DNA of 64,000 nt from Candidatus Uhrbacteria bacterium CG10_big_fil_rev_8_21_14_0_10_50_16 (GCA_002774875.1 PCYM01000001.1:246153-310152), one strand, 5' to 3'. Positions 19,448 to 27,591 are shown, counted from the first letter of the stretch. The notes: generated by a model from the sequence alone, not told the origin. Numbers and translations are program-made.

Positions 19448-20407
19448 TCACCCAACATACTTCCCATTCCCAAGCTTCTCCACGCTATCACGTAGGGCCT
19501 CTGTAGTGACCTGACGGCCGTATTTTAGCGTCATACGCGGGTCTACGTGTCCCATGAGTTGTTGTACGTGAGAAAGCGAAACACCTTGTGCGTAGAGGTT
19601 CGCAGCGTACGTGTGCCTACAGCGGTGCACAAAGAAATTCACTCCGCTCTTTTGTTTGATCAGGTCGGCCAAGTGTTTTAACCCATGCTTACCAAGCGGA
19701 CGGTTTCTTTTTGAAGACACAAACAGTGCATTCGTCGTGTACGCAATAGGATGATCCTCTCTTGCTCGTAGATACCGCTGAAGCTCGACCATAAGTTCCC
19801 TCTGCAAGGGAATAGTCCGTGTCAATTTGGATTTAGACGTCTTGCCTTCCACAGTAAGTGTCCGTTGTTCCATATTTACGCTCTCCAATGTAAATCCGAG
19901 AAGTTCATTACGTCGTATACCCGTTAGAATGAGTAGTTTTAGTATAGTGTAATTTCTACAGCGAAGAAATTCCGTTGCCCACTCATAATCGTACTGACAA
20001 AACTGCAACAATTTATGTATCTCTGTTTCTGTAAGGTAACGTCTATCCACATACTCTACATGCGGTTTGCTGATTGTTGGCAAGGGATTCTCCTTAATTT
20101 GTCGTGTGTCTACCAACCATCGCATGAACTTCCCCCACTTACTCCTGTATGTTAGAAGCGTGGAGTTTTTTACACCCTTATGTTGTTTTCCGTTGTTGAG
20201 GGTTCGTGTTCGCGTTTGGAGCGTCTCAAAAAGTCCGATCCAAAAACTACGTTCTTGCACAGATTTTAAATCAGCATCAGGAGCGAGCTTAAAAAGTAAC
20301 GAGAGAGCGGCACGATACCCCTCTAACGTATCTGGGCGAGCACCTGCTGTATATTGTTGTTCGCGCAAAAAATCGTCGAACAAGACCTGTAATTCATTCT
20401 GTTGCAT
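19448..20407 (-). CDS. tyrosine recombinase/integrase B
   Basis: Catalytic set TGIRRNE, K, HRCRH, MGH, TLKY; SAM-like N-domain. Confidence 0.95.
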   Translation of the reverse strand: MQQNELQVLFDDFLREQQYTAGARPDTLEGYRAALSLLFKLAPDADLKSVQERSFWIGLFETLQTRTRTLNNGKQHKGVKNSTLLTYRSKWGKFMRWLVDTRQIKENPLPTISKPHVEYVDRRYLTETEIHKLLQFCQYDYEWATEFLRCRNYTILKLLILTGIRRNELLGFTLESVNMEQRTLTVEGKTSKSKLTRTIPLQRELMVELQRYLRAREDHPIAYTTNALFVSSKRNRPLGKHGLKHLADLIKQKSGVNFFVHRCRHTYAANLYAQGVSLSHVQQLMGHVDPRMTLKYGRQVTTEALRDSVEKLGNGKYVG

Positions 20408-20622
20408 ATAATTATTTTGATAAATAAAAACCGCCTAAAGACCCAACATCCAAAATGGACATTCGATTTTTAGGCGGTTGCACTTATTTTGTGGCACGGT
20501 GTACATGTTTACGCTTCGGGATCCATGTACAGATAACCCCGACGAGCGGTCAGCGTCTTACGACGTCAACTTGTTGCTCCACATTTGTTGCTCAACCCAA
20601 ATTGAAATGTACTACGTGATAC

Positions 20623-20650
20623 ATTCTATGCGAAAAAGTCTCTTTGTCAA
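20623..20650 (-). promoter_or_regulatory. putative promoter of integrase B with ~210-nt leader
   Basis: TTGACA-N16-TAGAAT; leader ends in hairpin 20429-20479 plus U-tract. Confidence 0.6.
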
Positions 20651-20816
20651 CGTATACTAGCTAACTTTGTGAGGTTTATTTACTTTGCAACTTTATGAGC
20701 TTTTACACTTTGTAAACTTTTGTCTGCTAGATCTAGCAAATAACCAATAATCCAAAAAACAAAAAATCGGATCCCTGTCCGATTTTTGTGTTGACCTCTT
20801 GTGTGGATAACTACAT

Positions 20817-21713
20817 TCAGCTACCGATGCCTTCTAGTCGTTCATTCACGTCTTGATAGCTCGCATCTTCCGCACATACACGTTCGTAATACCGTTTTGC
20901 ATCTTTTGGTTTGCCGAGTGCCTCACTACTTACTCCGAGTTGATAGAGCGTTTCTAACAAATCCTGATCCAAGTTACGCTTTCGTGTTGGAGCCTTTTTT
21001 AGTGTCTCAATGGCTAGCTCATGCTTTCCTTGCTGAGAAAAACACCGTGCCAGCAGGTTAAGATAACGCGTCTCTTTTTCATCCCCCTCACAAAGCTTTT
21101 GCAATAAGGAGGTCGCCTCCGAATAACGTTGCAACTCAACGAGGCTATCCGCTAAAGGATAGATCGCCCCCATTGGAGGTTCTTCCTCCTCTCGCAATGC
21201 TTGGAAACCTTTTACAGCCTCCGCATAGTTCTTGTCTGCATAATCCAACAAACAGATCAGGAAATGTGTCTCTCTATTTGGTTTTTGGATTTCATTTAGG
21301 ATTAATCGTGCCGAGTCAATATCATGCTTGTCTATTGCATTTTTCGCCCTCTTATTCTTATAGGGTGCCGTTTTTGTGTGTTTCCAATAGAAATAGCCAA
21401 TAACGGCCCAACCCAACAATCCAACTGGAGGGGCTATTACCGTCAGAATAAGCAATATAACCACGCCCACAAAGGTACCGCAGCCAACAAGACCACGTGT
21501 AAAATCTTGCGCACCAGTTGATGAGTTACCACCAGATATCTGCTGACGCGAATAGATACCCGTTCCAGGAATACTGCCATGAACGTAGCTACCTTTCGAA
21601 TTCATTCCAACACGTAAGCCTTTAACACCAGCGCTAACACCGAGACCGCTTTTGCTCAAGTTCAACTTAACACCCTTGCCTAGTCTAATTGATTTTCGGA
21701 ATCCATATGCCAT
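20817..21713 (-). CDS. DUF4236 + TM + TPR protein
   Basis: FRKSIRLGKGVKLNLSKSGLGVSAG...SIPGTGIYSR N-domain; C-terminal TPRs. Confidence 0.85.
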   Translation of the reverse strand: MAYGFRKSIRLGKGVKLNLSKSGLGVSAGVKGLRVGMNSKGSYVHGSIPGTGIYSRQQISGGNSSTGAQDFTRGLVGCGTFVGVVILLILTVIAPPVGLLGWAVIGYFYWKHTKTAPYKNKRAKNAIDKHDIDSARLILNEIQKPNRETHFLICLLDYADKNYAEAVKGFQALREEEEPPMGAIYPLADSLVELQRYSEATSLLQKLCEGDEKETRYLNLLARCFSQQGKHELAIETLKKAPTRKRNLDQDLLETLYQLGVSSEALGKPKDAKRYYERVCAEDASYQDVNERLEGIGS

Positions 21714-21746
21714 ATATCTACATGGTCTCAGATAATGTTCGTTTCA

Positions 21747-22280
21747 TCAATTCCTTTCTGTAATCGTGGGCTCTGACAAAACCTCCCAATTGCTCACCAT
21801 CATGGGCGAGCCTCCTTTGTATCGCAAGTCAACCGTATAGTACAAACGCCCTTCTGTACCTAAGGCATTTGATGCGATGACGTATCCACTCATCTGATAC
21901 GTATCGCCCCCTGTACTAACCAATCTAGCCTCTGTACAGCTTGGCTTACGTGCTTCGTCTGGGTATTTTGTATAACCTTCAATAACAGCCCCTGCTACAA
22001 ACGCGTGAATATCACAAGCTGTTGGCTCACGATCCACTGACGTGGTCGTGCTGCTGCTCGCCGTGCTCTCTCCCGAGTAATCTCCGGGTTCGCTCACCGC
22101 AACAGCAACAATCATAATAAAGAACAAAATACCAAAGAAGACGAAAGTGCCTTTCATGTTAAATCCGCCTTTCTTGACCGTTGTCTGGCTAGGTGTGCCG
22201 ATGTCTGATTTGCAATGCTTGCAGTAAATAGCTTCTGCAATAATTTCTTCCGCGCACAGTGGGCATTTCTTTTTCGTCAT
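21747..22280 (-). CDS. zinc-ribbon membrane protein
   Basis: KKCPLCAEEI..EAIYCKHC ribbon, single TM, extracellular domain. Confidence 0.8.
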   Translation of the reverse strand: MTKKKCPLCAEEIIAEAIYCKHCKSDIGTPSQTTVKKGGFNMKGTFVFFGILFFIMIVAVAVSEPGDYSGESTASSSTTTSVDREPTACDIHAFVAGAVIEGYTKYPDEARKPSCTEARLVSTGGDTYQMSGYVIASNALGTEGRLYYTVDLRYKGGSPMMVSNWEVLSEPTITERN

Positions 22281-22281
22281 A

Positions 22282-22680
22282 CTACGACTTCAACACGTTA
22301 ATAATTGCGACGAGCGTTGGTCCACCAAAGAAAATCACGAATGGAAGAAATACACGTACGCGATGAAGCGTTTTTTCCGAGACACGATGCCGAATAAGTG
22401 GCAAGTAGTAGTCTGTTAAGGAAAGTGCAAACAAAGCCATTATAAACGCATTTTGAGCGTTCTCAGACGTAGGTTCTGATAGCAGAGTTAGCCCACCAAA
22501 AAACAACAGGATTCCGATCACGTTTCCAACTTTCGCTCCCAACGAACGTTGCTGTGTCTTGTTTGGCGTCGAGCCTGAATCATCAGCCTTTGTTTTAACG
22601 TTTGTCATGGTTTTTTAGCAGTGCTTGCACTTCACCGCCTCGTCTTGCACCTCTTCGGCACAATAAGGACATTTTTTCAT
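22282..22680 (-). pseudogene. zinc-ribbon membrane protein interrupted by an in-frame TAA (22615-22617)
   Basis: MKKCPYCAEEVQDEAVKCKHC* then KT-M in frame with ORF 22282-22608. Confidence 0.7.
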
Positions 22681-22887
22681 AATATTGCGGTTTTATGGGG
22701 CGGTATACTAAAAGCCCGCCACCAGCGATACCCCCGAGGGGATACCTGCCACCCTTTCGGATGACAACCGCAATAGTGCTCTGATGACGAGCTCAGAATA
22801 CTATTGCGGATTTGATGCCATGCCCTGGAAACCAAGGTTTAGGCTAAATTGTAGTAGTATTGTATTAAATACCCATTAATAAATCAA
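22681..22887 (-). promoter_or_regulatory. promoter plus structured ~170-nt 5' leader
   Basis: TTGATT-N17-TACAAT (22887-22859); four hairpins and mutually exclusive pairings up to the start codon. Confidence 0.6.
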
Positions 22888-22907
22888 TGCCTCCATCCTA
22901 TATATCT

Positions 22908-23519
22908 ATGATAGATAAGAACACTCTTAGTTCCTTCGTAAAAGAAGTCGATCATGCTTACCAACAGTTTTCTGTTTGGAAATACTGCAACAACCAATAC
23001 GCAGAACATTGTGATAACTTTGAGGAAAAGCTAGTACAGCACTGGGCAACGTCCGTGGAAGAATTCATGCAAAACAACCGTACATTTCAAAACTTTTGGG
23101 AGGTTACCTTACCGTCGCTACAACATGCTTGGATGATATCTGTTTGTAGATTAATGGATCCTGCTTTCTTTCAAAACGATAAGACCAAGCCAAACCTTTC
23201 CTTGGATTACATTATTGAACATCTTGATAACGATGTCCTGATCAACCAGATCCGTTTATCTGCAAAGACACACAGCAGTTACACCAAACATATGAAAACA
23301 TGGCGAGACAAATACCTTGCCCATAATGATTTTAATTTTGCGGAGCAAACTATTGAGGCGGGATATGAAGACTACATAGAGTTCCTTGTCGAAACCATTA
23401 AAAACATCAAGAAACAATACCCACACCTTAAGGACTGCAATAACGTCGACCTTATTTGGTTGGATCGTGTTTCTGAAACAGGTGTAAAAGAGGTCTTCGA
23501 AAAGCTTTCTGTTGATTAA
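22908..23519 (+). CDS. HEPN-domain protein (AbiU2-like), candidate defence RNase
   Basis: CRLMD...NLSL and WRDKYLAHND (Rx5H) pattern. Confidence 0.7.
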   Translation: MIDKNTLSSFVKEVDHAYQQFSVWKYCNNQYAEHCDNFEEKLVQHWATSVEEFMQNNRTFQNFWEVTLPSLQHAWMISVCRLMDPAFFQNDKTKPNLSLDYIIEHLDNDVLINQIRLSAKTHSSYTKHMKTWRDKYLAHNDFNFAEQTIEAGYEDYIEFLVETIKNIKKQYPHLKDCNNVDLIWLDRVSETGVKEVFEKLSVD

Positions 23520-23533
23520 ACGCTGGGCACCAA

Positions 23534-23554
23534 ACTTATAATGCGTTATAAGTC
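23534..23554 (+). repeat. 21-bp quasi-palindromic site, inverted partner of 25353-25373
   Basis: ACTTATAA-TGCG-TTATAAGTC; exact reverse complement at 25353-25373. Confidence 0.85.
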
Positions 23555-23718
23555 TACGTGCTTGACCGTTTCTACCCCCCCTACCAGGGGTAGACGTTTT
23601 CGACGTTTATTCGATCGACCTATGCCGAATAAATACTAAGATTAGAGATAAATAAAAATCGTACTTTATCTACTTTGCGTGGTTTTTCTGTGGATAACCT
23701 TCCGATTCTTTCGGAAGA

Positions 23719-24705
23719 CTACGATACCAATGCTCTTCTTAGATTTTTAAAGTGAATAGTCTCACTTTGGTCCTTCGGGAACATCTCCAACAAGGTGTAC
23801 GGATAATATCCAGCAAGCCCACTGATAATAGTCGCGCCATATTTCACATCTTCTTCAACACGTTTTTTCCAATCTTTGGGCTGTGTCGAACTAATGACAT
23901 AGATACGTAATCCATGGTTTATTACACCGTCTGCAAGAACGGCGTTTATGTGTTCATCCCCGAAACCATAGCCTATAATAAGCATTTTTTTACTGTCTTC
24001 TTGAACAGCTGAGGAAAATAGATCGAAATACGCTTTTAGTAAAGGTTCAGATGTAATCGTGTGTACTTTATTCTTCCCAATAACCATCCTTGTGGACCCG
24101 TCAGAAGCAACCCAACCATAGGAACCATGAAGCTTAATATAAACTGGTCCAGCATGACCTCTGATGGCGGTTTCGACAAGATTGTTAACTTTATCTTCCG
24201 TTGGTAATACTAAGAAATCAGACTCCTCCAATGATGTCGTGCTCAGCCCGCCCTTTTGTGCATGAAATCCAGGCACCCCTGGGCATACACTTCCGCTCCT
24301 GCGTTCCATGAACAGGTCTTGATTCAGTGTGAAGAATACGCTAATTTTTTCTCTGCCACTATTGAATAAGCTGAGTAATCTATTTAATGTATACCAACAT
24401 ACAGGATGTGCTGAATCGTCTCGGAAAACCCAGTCCTTAGTGGCTATGTCTAGATTCTTATAAGCCTCTCTAACGGCACTCTGTATTCTCTCTTTATCCT
24501 CACAAGATACGGACTTGTCATCATTCACACGGCTGTACACGGATTCGTAGTCAAAGTCATCACACAGTAAACTCCTTAATTTCTCTGATGATTGAACATC
24601 TGGGTGATTGTATATTTGAGACCACATCTCTGAAGCCAAAAAACCACCAAAGTTTTTAGTAAACCCCGCCCCAGTCAGCAATATTAGGTTATGGTAATTA
24701 GACAT
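23719..24705 (-). CDS. SIR2-like (SIR2_2) protein, candidate NADase defence effector
   Basis: LLTGAGFT, FTLNQDLFME, KLHGS, IIGYGFGDEHIN. Confidence 0.88.
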   Translation of the reverse strand: MSNYHNLILLTGAGFTKNFGGFLASEMWSQIYNHPDVQSSEKLRSLLCDDFDYESVYSRVNDDKSVSCEDKERIQSAVREAYKNLDIATKDWVFRDDSAHPVCWYTLNRLLSLFNSGREKISVFFTLNQDLFMERRSGSVCPGVPGFHAQKGGLSTTSLEESDFLVLPTEDKVNNLVETAIRGHAGPVYIKLHGSYGWVASDGSTRMVIGKNKVHTITSEPLLKAYFDLFSSAVQEDSKKMLIIGYGFGDEHINAVLADGVINHGLRIYVISSTQPKDWKKRVEEDVKYGATIISGLAGYYPYTLLEMFPKDQSETIHFKNLRRALVS

Positions 24706-25315
24706 CTTTACCTTCCTCCTCTGGGGATGTCTCTTCTAGCCCCTTAGTCACCATGGACGGCAGAACGAACAGAAACTCTGCAAGAGCTTGAGCAAAGTTG
24801 ACAGTCAACTTTGCATCTTGGTAGCTAGGCATCATTGCATCATCGTCAGCATGTCGTTCTTCATTGGCCTCTAATCGTACTTGATGCGCCCAAGTGGACA
24901 TATCTTGGGTTATAAGATGCTTACCTGCCGCCTCATCTATTCGGCTGTATAATGAACCGTCTACGTAACCTTTTTCTTTCAACATCGCATCAACCGAACT
25001 TGCGGCAAGCATGATAGCACCAGAAGGCGCATGGAGACATTCTAATGCCTGCAAGAGGTAGGCCCTAGGCTTCTCTGGTATCACTTCATCTACACTCATG
25101 ACATTTGGATAGATTTCCAAAACAGCGCCCCCGGGATGTCTACTTGAACACACAACCACACCACCACAACGCTTGCAAACATACAGACCCCAATAACGTC
25201 GATTGTCACCTTTGTGATCGGCTGAGCCAACCCCATGCTCCAGTACCAAACTTGGGGTGTCTGTGGTGCAATGTGGACATCGATCCAGTTCAAGATTTTG
25301 GGATAAATTTGGCAT
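24698..25315 (-). CDS. Zn-finger + DUF4145 protein
   Basis: CPHC/CKRC; A.MLAASSVDAML...SLYSRID...WAHQVRLEANEERH; 8-nt overlap with the SIR2 gene. Confidence 0.8.
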   Translation of the reverse strand: MPNLSQNLELDRCPHCTTDTPSLVLEHGVGSADHKGDNRRYWGLYVCKRCGGVVVCSSRHPGGAVLEIYPNVMSVDEVIPEKPRAYLLQALECLHAPSGAIMLAASSVDAMLKEKGYVDGSLYSRIDEAAGKHLITQDMSTWAHQVRLEANEERHADDDAMMPSYQDAKLTVNFAQALAEFLFVLPSMVTKGLEETSPEEEGKDV

Positions 25316-25355
25316 ACAATAGAAATTTGTGTAGATATTACCACATTTCTCGGAC

Positions 25356-26267
25356 TTATAACGCATTATAAGTCGAGCTATCATCCAATGGATGTTTGTT
25401 AATCTGTGTGCGCAGGTGTTCTGCTGAAGCGGCGAGGTAAATGCTTGTCGTTTTTAGGTCGGCATGACCTAGCATTTTTGAGAGAGAGTAAATGTCACAT
25501 CCGCCCTCTAGCATCATCGTAGCGAAGCTGTGACGTAGCTTGTGCACGCTGAATTTTATTCCTGACGCTTCCTTCATCTTCTCAACCAACCTCTTCATAC
25601 CTGTCCCCGTGAATCCAACGTTACGGTTAAGGGAGGCAAAGAACTCTGGGCAGGTTTTGTGTAGCCGTTTACGTTCTACAAGATAACGATCTAGACTCTC
25701 CTGTAATGCTGAGCAAATCGGCACTACGCGATCCTTTGACCCTTTGCCCTGTCGAATAAAGATAGAGCGGTTCTCTACATCTATATCGTTGTACTGCAGG
25801 TTAAGCAATTCCTGTTTTCGCAGTCCTGCATATAAGAATGTAGCAAAAATCGCATGATTGCGATACTTAAGGTACTTGTAAGGATAAGGGAAGTTCATAG
25901 CCGTTTCCAATATCCGCATCGCCTCTTGTTTGGTGAGCTTAGGAGGCAAACGCCGTTCAAGTTTTGGCATCTCCATTCCATCCGCAGGGTTCTCTTGCAT
26001 ATACCCCTGTTCCACACACCACCTGAAAAAGACGACAAAGCTCTTGTGGTACGTGATGAAGCTGTTAGCCGACCATTTGCGCGTTGTCCTACCATAGAGC
26101 ATGTAGCGCTCAAAACAAGGCTTAGTGACCTGCTGAAGCGTTTCTATGCCTTCTGTACGTATAAAGAATCCCACGGCGTTCTTATATCGCTGAATAGTCG
26201 TTGGTCTGTACCCACGAATAAACGAAGAGTGGTCACAAAATTGTCGCAACGCTGTTTGTATGTACAT
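25356..26267 (-). CDS. tyrosine recombinase/integrase A (XerC/D-like)
   Basis: AGLRKQE, QGKGSKDR, HKLRH, LGH, TSIY; immediately downstream of the element tRNA. Confidence 0.95.
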   Translation of the reverse strand: MYIQTALRQFCDHSSFIRGYRPTTIQRYKNAVGFFIRTEGIETLQQVTKPCFERYMLYGRTTRKWSANSFITYHKSFVVFFRWCVEQGYMQENPADGMEMPKLERRLPPKLTKQEAMRILETAMNFPYPYKYLKYRNHAIFATFLYAGLRKQELLNLQYNDIDVENRSIFIRQGKGSKDRVVPICSALQESLDRYLVERKRLHKTCPEFFASLNRNVGFTGTGMKRLVEKMKEASGIKFSVHKLRHSFATMMLEGGCDIYSLSKMLGHADLKTTSIYLAASAEHLRTQINKHPLDDSSTYNAL

Positions 26268-26298
26268 AAACAAAAAATCCTGATGGTGAACATCAGAA
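26268..26298 (-). terminator. terminator of the element-borne tRNA, abutting the integrase A start
   Basis: TTCTGATG-TTCAC-CATCAGGA-TTTTTTGTTT then ATG. Confidence 0.7.
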
Positions 26299-26305
26299 CC
26301 TTTCG

Positions 26306-26589
26306 TGGAGCCACGATCGGGATTCGAACCCGAGACCTCATCCTTCGCTTACACCCTAATTTATTTCGTCACGTATATAGGGACTAGACTGTATATTAGG
26401 CATATTCCCTAAGGAACTTAGCCCCCCTTGTCAGTCGTTCGGGCGTTTCTTCGATTGACGCCACGGTCTTACCCTTGTGACAGGGCTTTAACCGTTATTC
26501 GGGATTCACTCTACCGTTTCCAGTGGGGTGGGCTACTTTCTCGTATGAAAGTGACCATGGATGCGCTCTACCGACTGAGCTATCGCGGC
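26306..26589 (-). tRNA. tRNA-Thr(GGT) with group I intron at 36/37 (exons 26589-26554 and 26345-26306)
   Basis: 36-nt + 40-nt exons join to a 76-nt cloverleaf with CATCC-ATGGTAA-GGATG anticodon arm and CCA. Confidence 0.95.
26346..26553 (-). ncRNA. 208-nt ORF-less group I intron
   Basis: Exon ends in U; P1 GGU/GCC with U-G wobble plus ACUUUC/GAAAGU; P4 ACGGU/ACCGU; P5 CCCU/AGGG; P6 GGCGU/ACGCC; P7 GACUG/CAGUC; P9 CCCUA/UAGGG; terminal G. Confidence 0.92.
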
Positions 26590-26751
26590 TTAATTGTTTT
26601 CTTGGTATATGGTGAAAGCACCATCATTGTAATACAGAGGTGTCCCCTTCGGGGACTACTTTAGTAAAGGAAGTGGTATCTATCTCTCACACAACAGCCG
26701 AAACGGCTGTAGTCTTAGGGATAATACTCTTCTTAACTATAGACCTCTTTA

Positions 26752-26789
26752 TTACCATGGATGCGCTCTACCGACTGAGCTATCGCGGC
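26752..26789 (-). pseudogene. 5' half of intron-less tRNA-Thr(GGU); right att junction
   Basis: GCCGCGATAGCTCAGTCGGTAGAGCGCATCCATGGTAA then diverges; starts 11 nt after the TPR gene stop. Confidence 0.93.
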
Positions 26790-26800
26790 ACGAGCCTCGC

Positions 26801-27589
26801 CTACAACGGCAGACTATAAATGCGATCCTGGAACTCCTCGATCTTATTATTCTCAGGATTCACCTGTTTGAGCAATTTCAACCCTTTTTGAGCGCGTTTG
26901 CGATCGCCGGCAAGTATACTCGCATCGATCAGAAAATCAAGGTACTTGGGGTTATTGGAACGTAAATCCACCGCCGCCTCAAAATACTCCACAGCTTTTT
27001 GCGTCTCGCTCGCCCGCATAGCCAACTCTCCAAGCGACGTCAAAATACTCGCATCCTCCGGCGCCAACGCCGACGCATACTCAAATGTCTGCCGTGCTTG
27101 GTCAAACTGTTTCATATCCACATACACTTTCCCCAACAACTCATACACTTCCGCATTCTTGGCATCCAAACTCAACAACTCAATCAATCGCTGCTCAGCC
27201 GCCGCGTAGGATTCCTTCTCAATCAACTCCTCCGCCTCTTCTTTAAGGTGATTGCGCATCTCCAACGTTCCCGCCACATCGCCAGACGACTCCTTTTGCA
27301 ATCGCTTGTAATGACGCTCCATGGCCTGTGCGTGGTGATACAATTTTTTGATCAACCCTTTCCCCTCACGCGTAACACTCGACGCTGCCTTTCCAGCCTT
27401 CTGCGCACGCTCACCGCCAATGCGCTCCAACCGTTGCACAAACAACGCACGCTTTTTGCGACGTTTCTCGCGTTCCGGGTCCGAGGACACATCCAACACA
27501 ATCAACTTGCTGTAATAACGCACCACAAACCAAACAATAACGGCTAAAGACACAACCAGCAACAGTAACGGTAATAACCACCAAAGCAT
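26801..27589 (-). CDS. membrane-anchored TPR protein
   Basis: N-terminal TM followed by TPR repeats. Confidence 0.85.
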   Translation of the reverse strand: MLWWLLPLLLLVVSLAVIVWFVVRYYSKLIVLDVSSDPEREKRRKKRALFVQRLERIGGERAQKAGKAASSVTREGKGLIKKLYHHAQAMERHYKRLQKESSGDVAGTLEMRNHLKEEAEELIEKESYAAAEQRLIELLSLDAKNAEVYELLGKVYVDMKQFDQARQTFEYASALAPEDASILTSLGELAMRASETQKAVEYFEAAVDLRSNNPKYLDFLIDASILAGDRKRAQKGLKLLKQVNPENNKIEEFQDRIYSLPL

Positions 27590-27591
27590 AT

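Larger units (their letters stand above)
18210..26759. mobile_element. 8,550-bp integrative element inserted in the tRNA-Thr(GGU) anticodon loop
   Basis: 8-bp core TTACCATG repeated at 18202-18209 and 26752-26759 between the two tRNA halves; two tyrosine recombinases; visibly AT-richer than flanks; defence-type cargo. Confidence 0.92.

Noticed and set aside
22781-22800. Hammerhead ribozyme (CTGATGA core)
   Set aside because: No stem II followed by GAAA; the motif lies within a simple long hairpin.
25356-26267. Chromosomal xerC/xerD
   Set aside because: Lies within the att-bounded element beside accessory cargo, so no symbol assigned.
18164-26345. Ordinary island with a simple 3' tRNA duplication
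   Set aside because: Does not explain the extra 5' half at 26752-26789, or that both halves cross the splice junction in intron-less form.
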